Source: Pseudovirgaria hyperparasitica (Eukaryota). Taken from it: a DNA stretch of 64,000 bases. The first letter of the stretch is position 1, and each line of letters begins with the position of its first letter. This document shows, in pieces, positions 38,684-50,986 of this stretch. The position numbers and the translations under genes are program-made. The notes below the pieces were generated by a model, which did not search any database, was not told where the DNA came from, and saw only the letters and a list, made by a program, of their open reading frames with translations. The stretch is taken from the NCBI GenBank assembly GCA_010093815.1, contig ML996566.1; one strand, given 5' to 3'.

Positions 38684-39008
38684 AGATGTGTATAGGCTCT
38701 CAGAGGCTAGATAAATATGAGGTTCTTTGAGGTGTTTGGCGACAAAGGTGTTCAGGAAAGTAAAAGGTAATGTAGTCGAGTGGATGGAGGTGAGGTTAGA
38801 TGAGCACTCGCTTCGGAGCTGTACCGGGCACGTGGTCCGTGGGTGCGCTGACTTGGGCTTTACTACGATGGATCGGCCCAAACCCGGTATTAATCTCCTC
38901 GCGGTAATGTCTGCGGTGAACCTTCCGGTGAGAGATCGATCTTGAAAGTAAATACGGCCTCGTCATCATAACGACTAGCTGAACGTCAATTGATGGAATC
39001 TGAACGCC

Positions 39009-40960
39009 ATGGACGCGCAGCAACAGGACCATCGGATCAGCATTGGAGAATTTATTGAGAGCTCCATACTAGATACTTGCGTGCCCGCAGCATCATCCAC
39101 GGACATACAAGAGCTACTACAGGGTTGGGATGGCCATGAGAGCGACACGTCTTCTGCATTACTACCATACATTGCCGAACGAGAGACACTGTTCTTCGGT
39201 GCGTTTGCACTCGTCTCAGGTTACGTGACATTCGTCTTACTTATTCTAGGGTTACAGATGAACAAGTTACCGTGTATGTTGTGCTAAGAACACCGTACAT
39301 CGAAGAGAGCCTTCTCAAATCATACCTTTCGCGGCTGATTCTGACTCTCGAGTGCCGTGTCACAAGTACAGCACCGCCGCCCAAGGTACAAGGCGAGCAA
39401 GTTCCGCCTACGAAGGAGCTGTTGATTTCAGAAACCATCAAAGACTCCTGGGAGCCATTGGTCATTATATCTAAGGAGCATGACCTTCAAAAAAAAGGTG
39501 CTTCGGCACATATGCATCTTATATGGAAAGCCGATATCTGTTTAGGTTTGTAAGGGACCCATTGAGGACAGATGCAAAGCTAATCTTTCCAGGACATCCA
39601 CGAATTAGACTGAGTCGACCAGCCATTTACTTCGTTGTCAGTGCATCGTCCCGTGCAGTAGAACCTACCGAGAGCACTGATGCAGAAGATGAATATATGG
39701 CCAGTCTCGAACCTTCACCTCTCAATCTACTTCAGGCCTTCTCCGATAATCCAAGCTTCGGGAATACGAGGCCGAAGTTATCAGCGATACGAGCTACGAA
39801 ACTGTCTTTGACAAATCCACTTTCGAGGGAATTATTGCGGCCAATCCGAAACGCTACTCGACGACTGTTCAAAGCTGCGCCGGCGTTCATTTGGAGAATC
39901 AGATATACTCGCTGGCATTCGTCCACTAGCGTCAACGCAGTTGTCGCTTCACTGGATATTGAAGCTACTTCTTTCGCTGGTGGCCACGTTACTATCAAGG
40001 ACGTGAAAATCATCTTGACAGAAGGACACGTGTTGCCCTACCCAGTTATCGGGTTTGACAAAGACACGACTCAGTGCAAGCCCGGTGACCAAATCACTAT
40101 GCTTTTCAAACTAACTTCAGATGCTTCCAGTCGGTTCACGAGGTCCCAAGAGAAGATCGTGTGTCCGCTGCACTTGACGATCAACGCGGAAGTCCTAATC
40201 TCAAATGTATGCAAACCCTCCGTCACAGTGTCTTGGCGAACAGCAGTCGAGTTTTCAGCAGATTTAATACCAGACCCTGGCAAATCATACACGCTCGAAC
40301 GACCTGTTTCACAAGCCAGCGTTCCACGGGTCGAGAGCTCTGGTAACACCCAACTGTCTTCCAGTAATCCGGGGCCAGATTCCCTACCAAATGTTGAGGA
40401 TAACGAAACGTTTTCAGGCCTGCATACTTTGTCAGATATCAGCATGGCTGTTACAGTAACAGGGCCACAAAAGATACGCATGGGAGAATCATTCAAATGG
40501 GATATCTTCATTGTCAACAAGTCGGAGACCCCTCGAAGGTTAGCCGTGGCAGCCATACCACGACGCAGGAAAGGGGATCACAAGGGACATGCTACCAATG
40601 CGTCCTCGAGCTCACATAAACTTGACTTGAATGACGCTATCGCTGATGCCATTGTCGATGAGAATGTAGTCTATGCGAGGCAGCGCAATGCCAAAGCGGA
40701 ACCAGTGGAATTGATCTGCCTGAGTACGGATGTTCGGATAGGGTATGTCTCTCTTTCTCACGAGCCAGAACATACTAATCTTTGACAGACCACTGGCGCC
40801 AGCTGCATGTTATAACGCAGAAATGAGTTTTCTGCCATTAGCGACGGGTTCCTTAGGCGTCGATGCCCTGCGATTCATAGACATCGCAAGCCAGGAGTGG
40901 GCGGATGTACGCGATCTGCCAAGCATAATGTGTTACGAGCAACTTGCCACCAATGTTTAA
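39009..40960 (+). CDS. TRS65: TRAPP-II complex subunit Trs65 (3 introns)
   Basis: F...S.LD..VP...RETLFF|DE, HPRIRLSRP, ADAIVDENVVYA and LICLSTDVRIG|PLAPAACY...RDLPSI motifs. Confidence 0.8.
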
Positions 40961-41188
40961 GGGAGGTAAGAGCTAGTAGATGTATGTATATATGACGGAT
41001 CGCGCCACAATCTTGTTGACGACTCATGGGTAGAGCCATAGTGTCGTCGACGCAGAGATATCTGCAACGGCGATAACCGCAGGCGTATATATACGTACTG
41101 CTCGCAAATCGGCTGTCACGCTTGGCTTGTCGTTCACCCTCTATTCCCTTGTGTGTGGTCGTTTCACGTGAGATCCGTCACTTTTGTA

Positions 41189-41579
41189 GAGCCTGATAAC
41201 CTTGGCACTCGTATTATCGGGTCGTAATATATCAACTTATAATATATTAAAGTAGATATAGTAAGTAGTTAACTATCTAAGAGTATCTCTATAAGTTTAG
41301 ATTAATCTTATAAGAACTTCTTATAAATATCCTTATAAAGAGAATATTAGATATAGAGATAATATATTATAATTTTCTTTTAAGTCTTCTTTTCTCTCTT
41401 TTAATATTTAAGATTCCTTTATTATAAAAAGCTTAAATCTCAAAGGTTATGAACAATTTACTATCTTAATTTATTATATATAATATGGATATATGTATTT
41501 AGATATAGAAGAGCTTAAAAATATATGTGAATGAATGCCTTACCTGCGCACTCGCACGAGTGCTAAGTTTAACAGGTTT
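41189..41579. mobile_element. Non-autonomous DNA transposon (MITE, Tc1/mariner-type TA duplication), RIP-like interior
   Basis: 24-bp terminal inverted repeats at 41189-41212 (GAGCCTGATAACCTTGGCACTCGT) and 41556-41579, 19/24 identical with three of the mismatches being transitions. TA flanks both ends (41187-88, 41580-81). Interior is extremely AT/TpA-rich with no ORF. Confidence 0.75.
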
Positions 41580-41889
41580 TAGGCAAGTGATAATAATTCC
41601 GTGGCACTTAAAACAAACCAGGCTTCGCCTCAGCCTCCATCCAACTCCACATAGGTTCGGCCTGGAAGCTCGTTACGTCGACTCCCCGACGTCAGACCTC
41701 TTGCATCACTCTACGACCAAAGTAGTTTATGTACTTGGCTCGTATCAGCACTCATCAGTTACAGTATTGTCATTTTCAGGCCCCTTAGCAGATACTGCTC
41801 ACGTATCCTGAAGCCCGCATAGTGCTGCTCGCTCGGGAAACCGACACCCACGTCATCCGCACTTATTTCAGCCTGTACGACCTAACAAG

Positions 41890-42924
41890 ATGGTCGAAGC
41901 ACCACAAGGAGGTCGACTTCTGCGCACCCTCAATAGCAGATACATCTACGGCAGAGTCGTGAGTTTGTCCATCAGTCGTTATTGCTCTCCAACTTATATC
42001 CTCTCAGCCTTTACTCCACTGTCTGGTATTCCTCATCGAGATGGCCTTCGTCTCACTACTCGTGCGGCGATTCAATTCATACTATGCGAATAAGCCAGGT
42101 GCGTCACTTAAAAGATTATACAACCTTAAGACAAGTACTAATTATCCTCTACAGTCCTCACTACAATGATAACCAACGCCGTTCGTATTTCTACACATCT
42201 ATCTTGGTCGTAGCGTCACTGACAATACGAACTTCTCCAGGTCCTCGGTGGCATAGCAGACACCGTAGCGCAATCCTTGACGGCAATAAAAGCGCGTAAT
42301 AGCAGGAAGTTGGCATCAGGCAAAGATGACTTCATCTCTATCGAAATACACGAATTGGGAAAGAAGGATTGGCCCGGCGAGCTGGTTTCCACCAAAGGCC
42401 TCCCTCCACCCTTTGACTTCGAACGACTTACCCGGTTCATGGCCTACGGTTTTCTCATGGCGCCTGTTCAGCATAAATGGTTCGCATTCCTATCCTCGAC
42501 GTTCCCTATTACCAAAACGTCCGCTCTCGTACCAGCCTTGAAGAGGGTCGCCTTCGACCAGTTCTTGTTCGCTCCTATTGGTACTCGGTCCCCAGTCAAG
42601 TTCACCGTTTATATTTGCTAACAGTAGTGCAGGCCTGGCGTGTTTCTTCACATTCATGACCGTTGCTGAAGGTGGCGGCAAGCGTGCTGTAGCGCGCAAG
42701 TTTCAGGATGTTTACGTTCCCGCACTCAAGGCCAATTTCATGGTATGGCCAGCCGTCCAGATCCTTAACTTCAGGGTGATGCCTATTCAGTTCCAAATTG
42801 TAAGCTCAAGTCTACCAGGGTCTCTTATACGTGATGTCTGACATAACCATAGCCCTTTGTTTCGACCATTGGTATCGCATGGACAGCGTATCTATCACTG
42901 ACCAATTCTTCAGAGGAAGAGTGA
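41890..42924 (+). CDS. Mpv17/PMP22 family membrane protein (5 introns)
   Basis: Spliced RFNSYYANKPVLTTMITNAVLGGIADTVAQ, FDFERLTRFMAYGF, KRVAFDQ and LKANFMVWPAVQILNF motifs. Confidence 0.9.
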
Positions 42925-43734
42925 AATGACAAAAGAAACTTGGCTAGATTTTTTGGAGAGCTTTAATTCGTACCGTCATGGCGTCATGGCTTTTTTTTAC
43001 GGCGGTCGGATGATGATCGTGTTCGACGAGCACAACTAAGCATTTCATGGCGCTTATGGTGTAGGTGGTTTACCTTACTCTTCGTTGCTATCTCGTATTC
43101 TCTTATGCAAAACTCTACAGCCTTCTCAGCCTTTATAGTCCTTGGTGGTCGTAGACTCATGGGTGAAAGGCTGCCTCTGCCTACGCGGGCACCTATAAAG
43201 ACTCAGCCGGTAAATCTGAGTAAGCTATCACAATTAAAAGTAATATGTCAGATCCTGCAAGTAGAGAAGAGAGTCTCCTCATTAGCTGAAACATTTTTTA
43301 GGAATATTTGAGTCTAATGGTCTAATCTTACCTAGTAGGATTCCACGCCTCGCTCCGTGATTACGATACGTGATGATCATTCCTTGGGCCCGCCAAACAT
43401 CCGATGAGCTAATGTTCGCACCACACAGAATGCAACTACACTTATGCCTACGTCTTTTGATTAATTGTATGCTTGGATGGCTAATGAATCGTTGGATCAA
43501 CGAATAGACATTAACTCTCTATTTCTATTCATTGGCTGGAAATACCGTGAAGGTCAGAGTACTCGAATTAAAGATAAGCTATGAATCCATTTGGGCTGCC
43601 CGTCGTCACACCCTTGCACTAAAAGCCGCAACCCCACCAAGCACGCTGAGCCCCGCCATACATAACAGCTCGGGTTACCCTACAGAATCCTCTTCAAGGC
43701 CCTCCAGTCGAACTCTCCCAATTGCTATTTCAAG

Positions 43735-45094
43735 ATGTCTCTATCCAACAAACTTTCAATCACTGATGTTGATCTGAAGGGCAAACGGGTCCTGATTCGC
43801 GTAAGTAAACGCTACGCAAACTTCCGTCTCAATGCGTACCTAATTGGTTGACTCTCCCAAGGTGGACTTCAATGTACCCCTAGACGGAGACAAAATCACG
43901 AACAATCAGCGTATTGTTGGCGCGCTGCCCACCGTCAAATACGCAATTGATAATGGCGCGAAAGCTGTCATACTTATGTCCCATCTTGGGCGTCCCGATG
44001 GCAAGGTCAACTCGAAATACAGCTTGAAGCCAGTAGTGCCAGAGCTTGAGAAACTTCTTGGAAATAAGATAATATTTACCGAAGACTGCGTAGGGAAACA
44101 GACCGAAGACGCCGTAAATGGCGCCTCGAATGGACAAGTCATTCTACTTGAGAACCTACGTTTCCATGCCGAGGAAGAGGGCAGTAGCAAAGATACCGAG
44201 GGCAACAAGGTCAAAGCAGACAAGGCTAAGGTCGACGAGTTCAGGAAAGGATTGACAGCCTTGGGAGATGTCTACATAAGTAAAGCCTCCTCTCAGGCGC
44301 CATGAGATTATTGCTGATAGCCATTAGACGATGCTTTCGGTACTGCTCATCGAGCTCACAGCTCAATGGTCGGTGTTGATCTCCCTCAGAAGGCTTCCGG
44401 TTTCCTCGTCAAGAAGGAACTCGACTACTTTGCGCAAGCCCTCGAGAATCCACAGCGACCCTTCCTGGCTATCCTCGGCGGTGCGAAAGTCACGGACAAG
44501 ATCAAGCTAATTGATAATCTGCTAGGCAAGGTCAACAGTATCATCATATGCGGCGGGATGGCTTTTACGTTCAAGAAGACACTCGAGAATGTGAAGATCG
44601 GGAAGAGTCTCTTCGATGAAGAGGGTAGCAAGACCGTCAAAGACATAGTGGAGAAGGCAAAGAAGAACAATGTCAAACTTGTCCTTCCAGTCGACTATAT
44701 TACTGCCGATGACTTTAAGAAGGACGCAAAAACAGGCACTGCAACAGACGAGGAAGGTATCCCAGACGGCTGGATGGGCTTGGATGCGGGCCCTAGGAGC
44801 ATTAAGCTGTTCGCTGATACCATTAATGAGTCAAAGACGATCTTGTGGAACGGCCCACCTGGTGTGTTCGAATTCGACAACTTCGCAAACGGTACCAAGA
44901 AGACCATGGACGCCGCTGTAGCTGCGGCTCAAAGTGGGAAGATTGTCATCATTGGAGGTGGAGACACTGCAACCGTCGCTGCGAAGTATGGTGTAGAGGA
45001 CAAATTGAGCCATGTTTCAACTGGCGGGGGTGCTTCACTGGAATTGCTTGAAGGCAAAGATCTACCGGGTGTCTCTGCTCTCTCAAGTAAGTAG
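43735..45094 (+). CDS. PGK1: Phosphoglycerate kinase; introns 43801-43861 and ~44279-44327
   Basis: [49 protein letters not shown] and [15 protein letters not shown] motifs. Confidence 0.98.
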
Positions 45095-45397
45095 ACTGTT
45101 CGTTTGTTGGAATTGGTGGCTCTGATAGATCGAAGGGTCGATCGCCAGGCTCTAAGACGTGTACCATTGATAAGCAGATAGTATGCCTTGAGAGACGAAT
45201 ATACATCTTGATGGTCTCTGGTAAGAGGGTTCAATAAAATTGGCTCTTAGCCTTCTCAAGAGGTCAATCAATTCATGTGCTTGCATGCATCCTTCCTGTA
45301 ACAGGAAAGTGACTGAGCTTGCCATAGTCTTATCCGAATCGTGATCGATGGATGTCTTTCACTGCCTGCTGACTCTGACTCTACCTCTGCCTCTGCC

Positions 45398-45790
45398 TCA
45401 ACCGCGCTTCGACCCGTTTACTTTGCTCACTTCCTCCCTGTAACCGCAGCGTGTCAGTACATATGTTCCATCTACCAGCTGATCCACTCTTACTTCAGTT
45501 GCGTGGAGAAGTCATCAGTTGTATCGTCATCGTCCCAGCTCTCCTCCCATAGATGTGTGTTGCCGCTTGGTAGCTCGGTATCTTCCTGTGGCCAGTCTAC
45601 CACGGAGTCGTCAGTACACCACTCGCATATTCTCGGACTAGGACATACCTTCGACGGGAAAGTCTTCGAACTCATCGTCCTCTTCGAGCGTCGCCGCCGG
45701 CTTCTGCTGGTCTTTGGCAGTTTCGCTGTTGTTGGACTCGCCGACGATGGCTTTTGAGGTTGTCGCAGATCCTGAAGCTGCGCCAGACAT
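45398..45790 (-). CDS. SEM1: 26S proteasome lid subunit Sem1/DSS1 (2 introns)
   Basis: Spliced LEEDDEFEDFPVE|DW...HLWEESWDDDD..DDFSTQLK|EE. Confidence 0.93.
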
Positions 45791-46122
45791 TTTGAGTAAA
45801 GCACCACGTTATGTTGATGGTGAGATTTCGACAGTGAGAGACCGTGACGTGGGGGAGAAAGCGAGGTTACATATTGTGACCTGCTGAAGTTCCGATGTAG
45901 ATGCCAAACGGTTACTCAGCTGCTGTTTGATACCATATTCGGTTTAGCGTGATCTAAGACATAAAGATGCCGCTGATACGTCAGCTTTGGAGGTAGTCGA
46001 AACCCATTCCTGCTTTCTTCGGAATGCCTAGTGAGCATATCGCGACAAAATTTCTCGATAAGTTTTCTCTCGTGAGAGTCTCTTGAAAGTGCCTGATTTC
46101 ATCGATATTGCACAACGTGAGC

Positions 46123-48635
46123 ATGAGTTTGCGAAGCTTACTAGGCAGGGGCCAGCCCAATGGTTCGACACAATCATTGAGTGCTCTGGATGAGCCGAAC
46201 CTGAGTTTGTCTACCGTCAGTATATAGCTAGCATTATGCTAATACGCGAGAAGTTGCGGATGCTATGGAAGGTACACAACAAAGCATATGCCTGGTCCTT
46301 CAACTATACTGATCACCTGATTTCACAGGCGCTGCTTTGATAATGAACGATGACGTGGATGGTGCTGAGACACGTCTCAGTCGGATGAATTCTCCATTTC
46401 ACAAGGTATGCTTCGGTGAATCAGCTGCACTCACTCGAGTACGTCCATTCTCAAACAAGTTTGATTAGATGGGCCAGGGAGTCGTTGTCTTCTTACGAGC
46501 CACCCTAGGATTTGAGCCAGAGATCATGCGTCAAGGTAGACATCTAAGGCTCATAGCAAAGTGAGCTGACTGACAGTAATTAGCCTCAGAAAAACTTAGT
46601 GAGGCAGAAAGCAGCGCCTACGAGCATCACAAACATGCTCTAAAGAGAGGATCCACGTATGGGTCCATCATCTATCCAGCGGGGACTGAATTTGCTCTTT
46701 GTCAAGCACAAGCGCAGCTGCTGGGTGCTGTTCTTGCCGTGCTGAATGAAAGCTTGCCAGAGAGCATTAAGGGCTTCTATAAAATGCGAAAAGCTTATGT
46801 GACTCTTGACAGCATTCTGTCTTCGGAGACGGCCTATGTTCATAGCAGCAGCACAAACAATCCTGCAGATACCCACAGAAGGTCTTTAAAGTCTCTCCCT
46901 GCCGTATCTGGGAAGGTCCATATTGCTGGTAATAGCCGTCCCGGCACAGAACTTCCTTCGCAGCAACCGTCGACAGAAGCAAGCAGTGAAGCTGTCAGTC
47001 GGAACAATAGTGATGATGAAGATGAGTTTTTCGAAGCTGACGAGGACCACGAAGGAGCTTCGACACCACAGGAATATATTGGAAACCTTACCGAGAACGA
47101 GCCAAGTGACTCGAAACCTGACAGTACACGGTCCGCTATCTACCAGTTAGAACGCAAGTTTACGAGCGTAACTTTGACGGACGGACCAGAGAAAGAACTG
47201 TTCAGCGAGCATCCTACAGATGGCTTCATCCACGCTGGCTCAAACCTTTGCTTTGGCATTCTATCGTTAATCATCTCCATGATACCGCCAGCTTTCTCGA
47301 TGCTCCTTAAAATTGTAGGGTTCCACGGTGATAAAGAGCGCGGTATACAGATGCTTTGGCAATCAACCAAGTTCAATAACGTGTATGCTGCCATTGGGGG
47401 TCTTGTTCTATTTGGTTACTACCATGGTATCATGGGTTTCTGTGACATTCAACCCCCGAGTGGACCAGGTTCCTACCCAAAGGAACAGCTGAGTATCCTA
47501 TTAGTAGCAATGCGAGAGCGGTTTCCAAAAAGTGCTTTATGGAGATTGGAAGAGGCACGAATGATGGCCAATGAGAAACGACTCGAAGAGGCAGTTGAGT
47601 TCATGGACAAGTCAGAACCGAGCGCCATGGAGCAAATCGATGCTCTGGCATGGTTTGAACGATGCTTGTATCTCATGTACCTGCATCGCTACGAGGAAAC
47701 ATCGAAGGCATTCCAAGAGGTTTGTAAAACTACGCGAATGCCTCAATGATATGTACTGAATCTCCACAGCTATGTACTAAGAACAACTGGTCCCATGGTT
47801 TATACCTATACATTGCAGCATCTGCGCATGTCGAGCTATACAGAAAATACAAAAAATCGGAACCCGACGAAGCTGTAAGCATCAGCCATTACCCTTCCCA
47901 GATACAAGTTTACAATTGACACTTCTAGGCTCGTCAAGCCAAGATAGCCACCGACCTATTCCACCGTGTGCCCCAGAAAGCCGGCCGGAAACGCTTCCTC
48001 GCCCGCCAACTTCCATTCGACACCTTCACCATGCGCAAGATATCTAAATGGGATGCACGCGCCCGTGACCGCAAGATTCCTTTCATCGACGCCATCGGCG
48101 TATCCCCTATCGAGGAAATCATTTATTTCTGGAACGGCTACAAGCGCATGGGGCCTCAGCAACTGCAGATGACGCTTGCGAATCTTGGGTGGCCAGATCA
48201 AAACGCGTACCATGGCTGGAGTGAGGAGATTGACGAACATTCTATCCAAACGCTTTTGAAAGCGATAACGATCCGACACATGGGAGACTTTCAAGAGGGC
48301 AGGAGATTGCTCTCAGAGGAGATTATGGGGCACGACCGGGCGCTTTTCAAGGGGCATCTAAAGGATAGTTGGACGGCGCCGTGTGCACGGTATGAGTTTG
48401 CGGCGAGTTTGTGGGTTGAAATGCAGAAGAACGGCGAGGAGGACGCTCTGAAGCTGCAGGAGATATCAGGTCATCTCGAGGAGGTCTCGCGGTGGGAAAG
48501 CTACGATCTAGATGCCAGGTTCGTGTTTCCTTCACATAATGTGCTATGGCCATTGCTGACTAGTAAAGAATGGGTATCCGCATTACGACGGCAAAGGATA
48601 CACTAAAACAGCTGGATGTACGACCGACTATATAA
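46123..48635 (+). CDS. IML2: Iml2/TTC39 (DUF3808) family protein, many short introns and micro-exons
   Basis: IMNDDVDGAE, FLRATLGFE, YPAGTEFALC, LNESL.ESIKGFYKMRKAY, SMIPPAF..LL.IVGF.GD, NNWSH.LY, SPIEE.IYFWNGY and WESYDLDAR motifs. Confidence 0.88.
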
Positions 48636-49044
48636 TATGGCCAGAGTTCGAGACACGCGCGTACCACAAGTTAGCTTGATATATACTCATGGTAAGCTCT
48701 ACTATGATATCGTAGCCATAGTATGATAGTAACGTTTCAAGGAATAGATACAAGTATAGACGTTTCTAGACTTAATATCCCCATATTCGGGACGCCGTTG
48801 CCGTTACTCCTAGACAAAATACAGAGCAGACTTCAGAATGTCACTCAATTTAGCTACAAGAAGTATTTCTTTAAGATACCATATTCTATGGCCATGTGAA
48901 AGAAGTGGGCCTGTGACTGGGCTGCAAGATGTTAGACGTCCCTCTGCCATTGTCTAGACATCATAGCATCATAATGACTCGGTTCCTGGACGCCATCCTT
49001 TACAGATGGGGTTCGTCATCAAGCGATGTGGAGGGGGACGCCAA

Positions 49045-50986
49045 TCATGCCATACCATTCCTCTTTCCGTCACTGAGAGCGTTCAAAGAAAGAATTCGGA
49101 AGTCTAACTTAGCATACGGATCATGAACAGGCAGATCGTGATCCACCAATTCTGTCGTCGACTCGTATGTCATTTTCTCTTCAACAGTGAGGTCTGACGT
49201 TGCAGCTTTTATCCTGACGAACGCAAGGGTGATGATGAGCGAGACTACTGCTACAGCGAATCCAAACCATAACGCCGCTTTGAAGCTCCAGATTTCGCCG
49301 TGCTTTCGCTGAGAGATCGCAACAACTTCTGCGCATCCAATGAAAAGTGCCGTGCCAAGGTGAACAAGCGCACTGTTGATAGCGTTCGCGATGCCTTGCT
49401 CCTTGAGCGGAACGCTATTCGAGATCTGGCAAAGTCAGTAAGGGCTTCTCCAAGTGGCGCAAGGAGATACCCACGAAGACATTTGAGACCGTGAAGGACG
49501 TGTCGACACCAATAGTGGCACATATCATGGCTGGGAAGGTGAAAGCCCAGTAATTGGCTCCTGGAGGTGCGATTGCGAAAAGTAACGGCGCGACGATAAA
49601 TGTGACACTTGCGATAATCAAGAGAATGGTACCAGAAATTCGGTCCAAGATCTTGCCACTGACGAGAGCAATAATAGCGCCGCCAACCACCATGGGTAAG
49701 AACCAAGAAACAATTTGGATAGATGATGCGCCCATTGCCTTCGTCATGCTGTTGGGTTGTTAGATCCCTAGCTGATGAAGACAAGTCGAAGCTTGAAATG
49801 ATCACGACTTACTAGAATGTACCATAGTACATGTATATGCTCAACGCTCCCCACTCAAGAAGGAGCGATAACATCAAAGCTTTCATGTACTTAACTTTGA
49901 AAACACTTGGGGGTATAAGAGGATTGGTGGCGATCCAGCCTTCGTAAAATGTCGTAATGATCGTAGATCCAATACCTACAGCGAGGGTACCGAGAACGTG
50001 AGGTGAAAGCCATCCTTTCTTTGCATGTGCGCTCTCGGTGATGGCGAATACAATCAGAATAACAGTTATTGGTATTGTGAAAAAGCCAATCCAGTCCATC
50101 CGGACACCCATGCCTTTGCGCTCCTTGATGTCAGACGGTATGGTGAACCACGCCACGACAGCGGTGGAAGCTGATATTCCACCGCCAATCCAAAAGTACA
50201 GCTTCCAATTGACATACTCCTGACTGAGTCCGGCGGATAGGATTCCTAGGAAGAAACCCAGAGGAGCACAGGCGCCGTATATGGCGAAAACGATGTTCTT
50301 GCGGGGGCCAGGACGGTAGATGCTACCAATAAGCATGAGACCGGCGGGAAGAAACGATGCTGCTCCGATACCCTGGGATACGCGGCATAAGTTAAGCATA
50401 AGCTCGTTTCGAGCAAAGCCGGCAGCGACAGCCGTCATGGTAAGCCATACTAAACCCGCCACATAAAAGGGGAAGCCACCGTACATATCTATGAGCTAGA
50501 TCAGTAGTGAACCATCACACACCCCAAATATAATCTACCTGATAAACGACCCATGGGAAGCAAAAGAGCGCAAATTGCTAGTGGGAATGCTTCGGCTGGC
50601 CAAGTTTGTTTTGCGGGTGGAATGTTGAGGTCCTCAACCGCGCGGGGAATGATCACATTGAACCCAGACGTGGAGTACTCCACCAGAATCTGAGACATGG
50701 CGATCGAGAAGACAAATCCTACTTCTTGCCAGAAAGTCCGGAGGCCATCAGGTCGTTTGTTTCCAAGGATCCCTAGATGAGCTTTTCTGGATGCCTCGTC
50801 ATCAAAGTTCGCAAGAATCGTCAAGCTGCGAAGGCTGGTTCCGGTAGTATGACTACATGGAGCGCAAAGGGTTACCTCGCTGATATTGATAGCGAGCGGG
50901 GAACTGGTTCTATGACACCTCTATGAGCAAGCTGGGTTAAGGCCAAGATTGAATTTCACCAACACAGAAGGGGTTTTGTCGACCAT
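49045..50986 (-). CDS. MFS drug:H+ antiporter (DHA2/Atr1-like, 14-TM type); start codon uncertain
   Basis: RP..L.TFWQEVGFVFSIAMSQ, GRL.DMYGG, YRPGPRKNIVFAIYGACAPLGFF, MDW.G, NYWAFTFPAM and SDLT.EEK motifs. Introns at about 50490-50536, 49750-49811 and 49426-49474. Confidence 0.85.

Noticed and set aside
43100..43560. Moderately AT-rich stretch upstream of PGK1 as a transposon relic
   Set aside because: No terminal repeats or target duplication found; compatible with ordinary terminator and promoter sequence.
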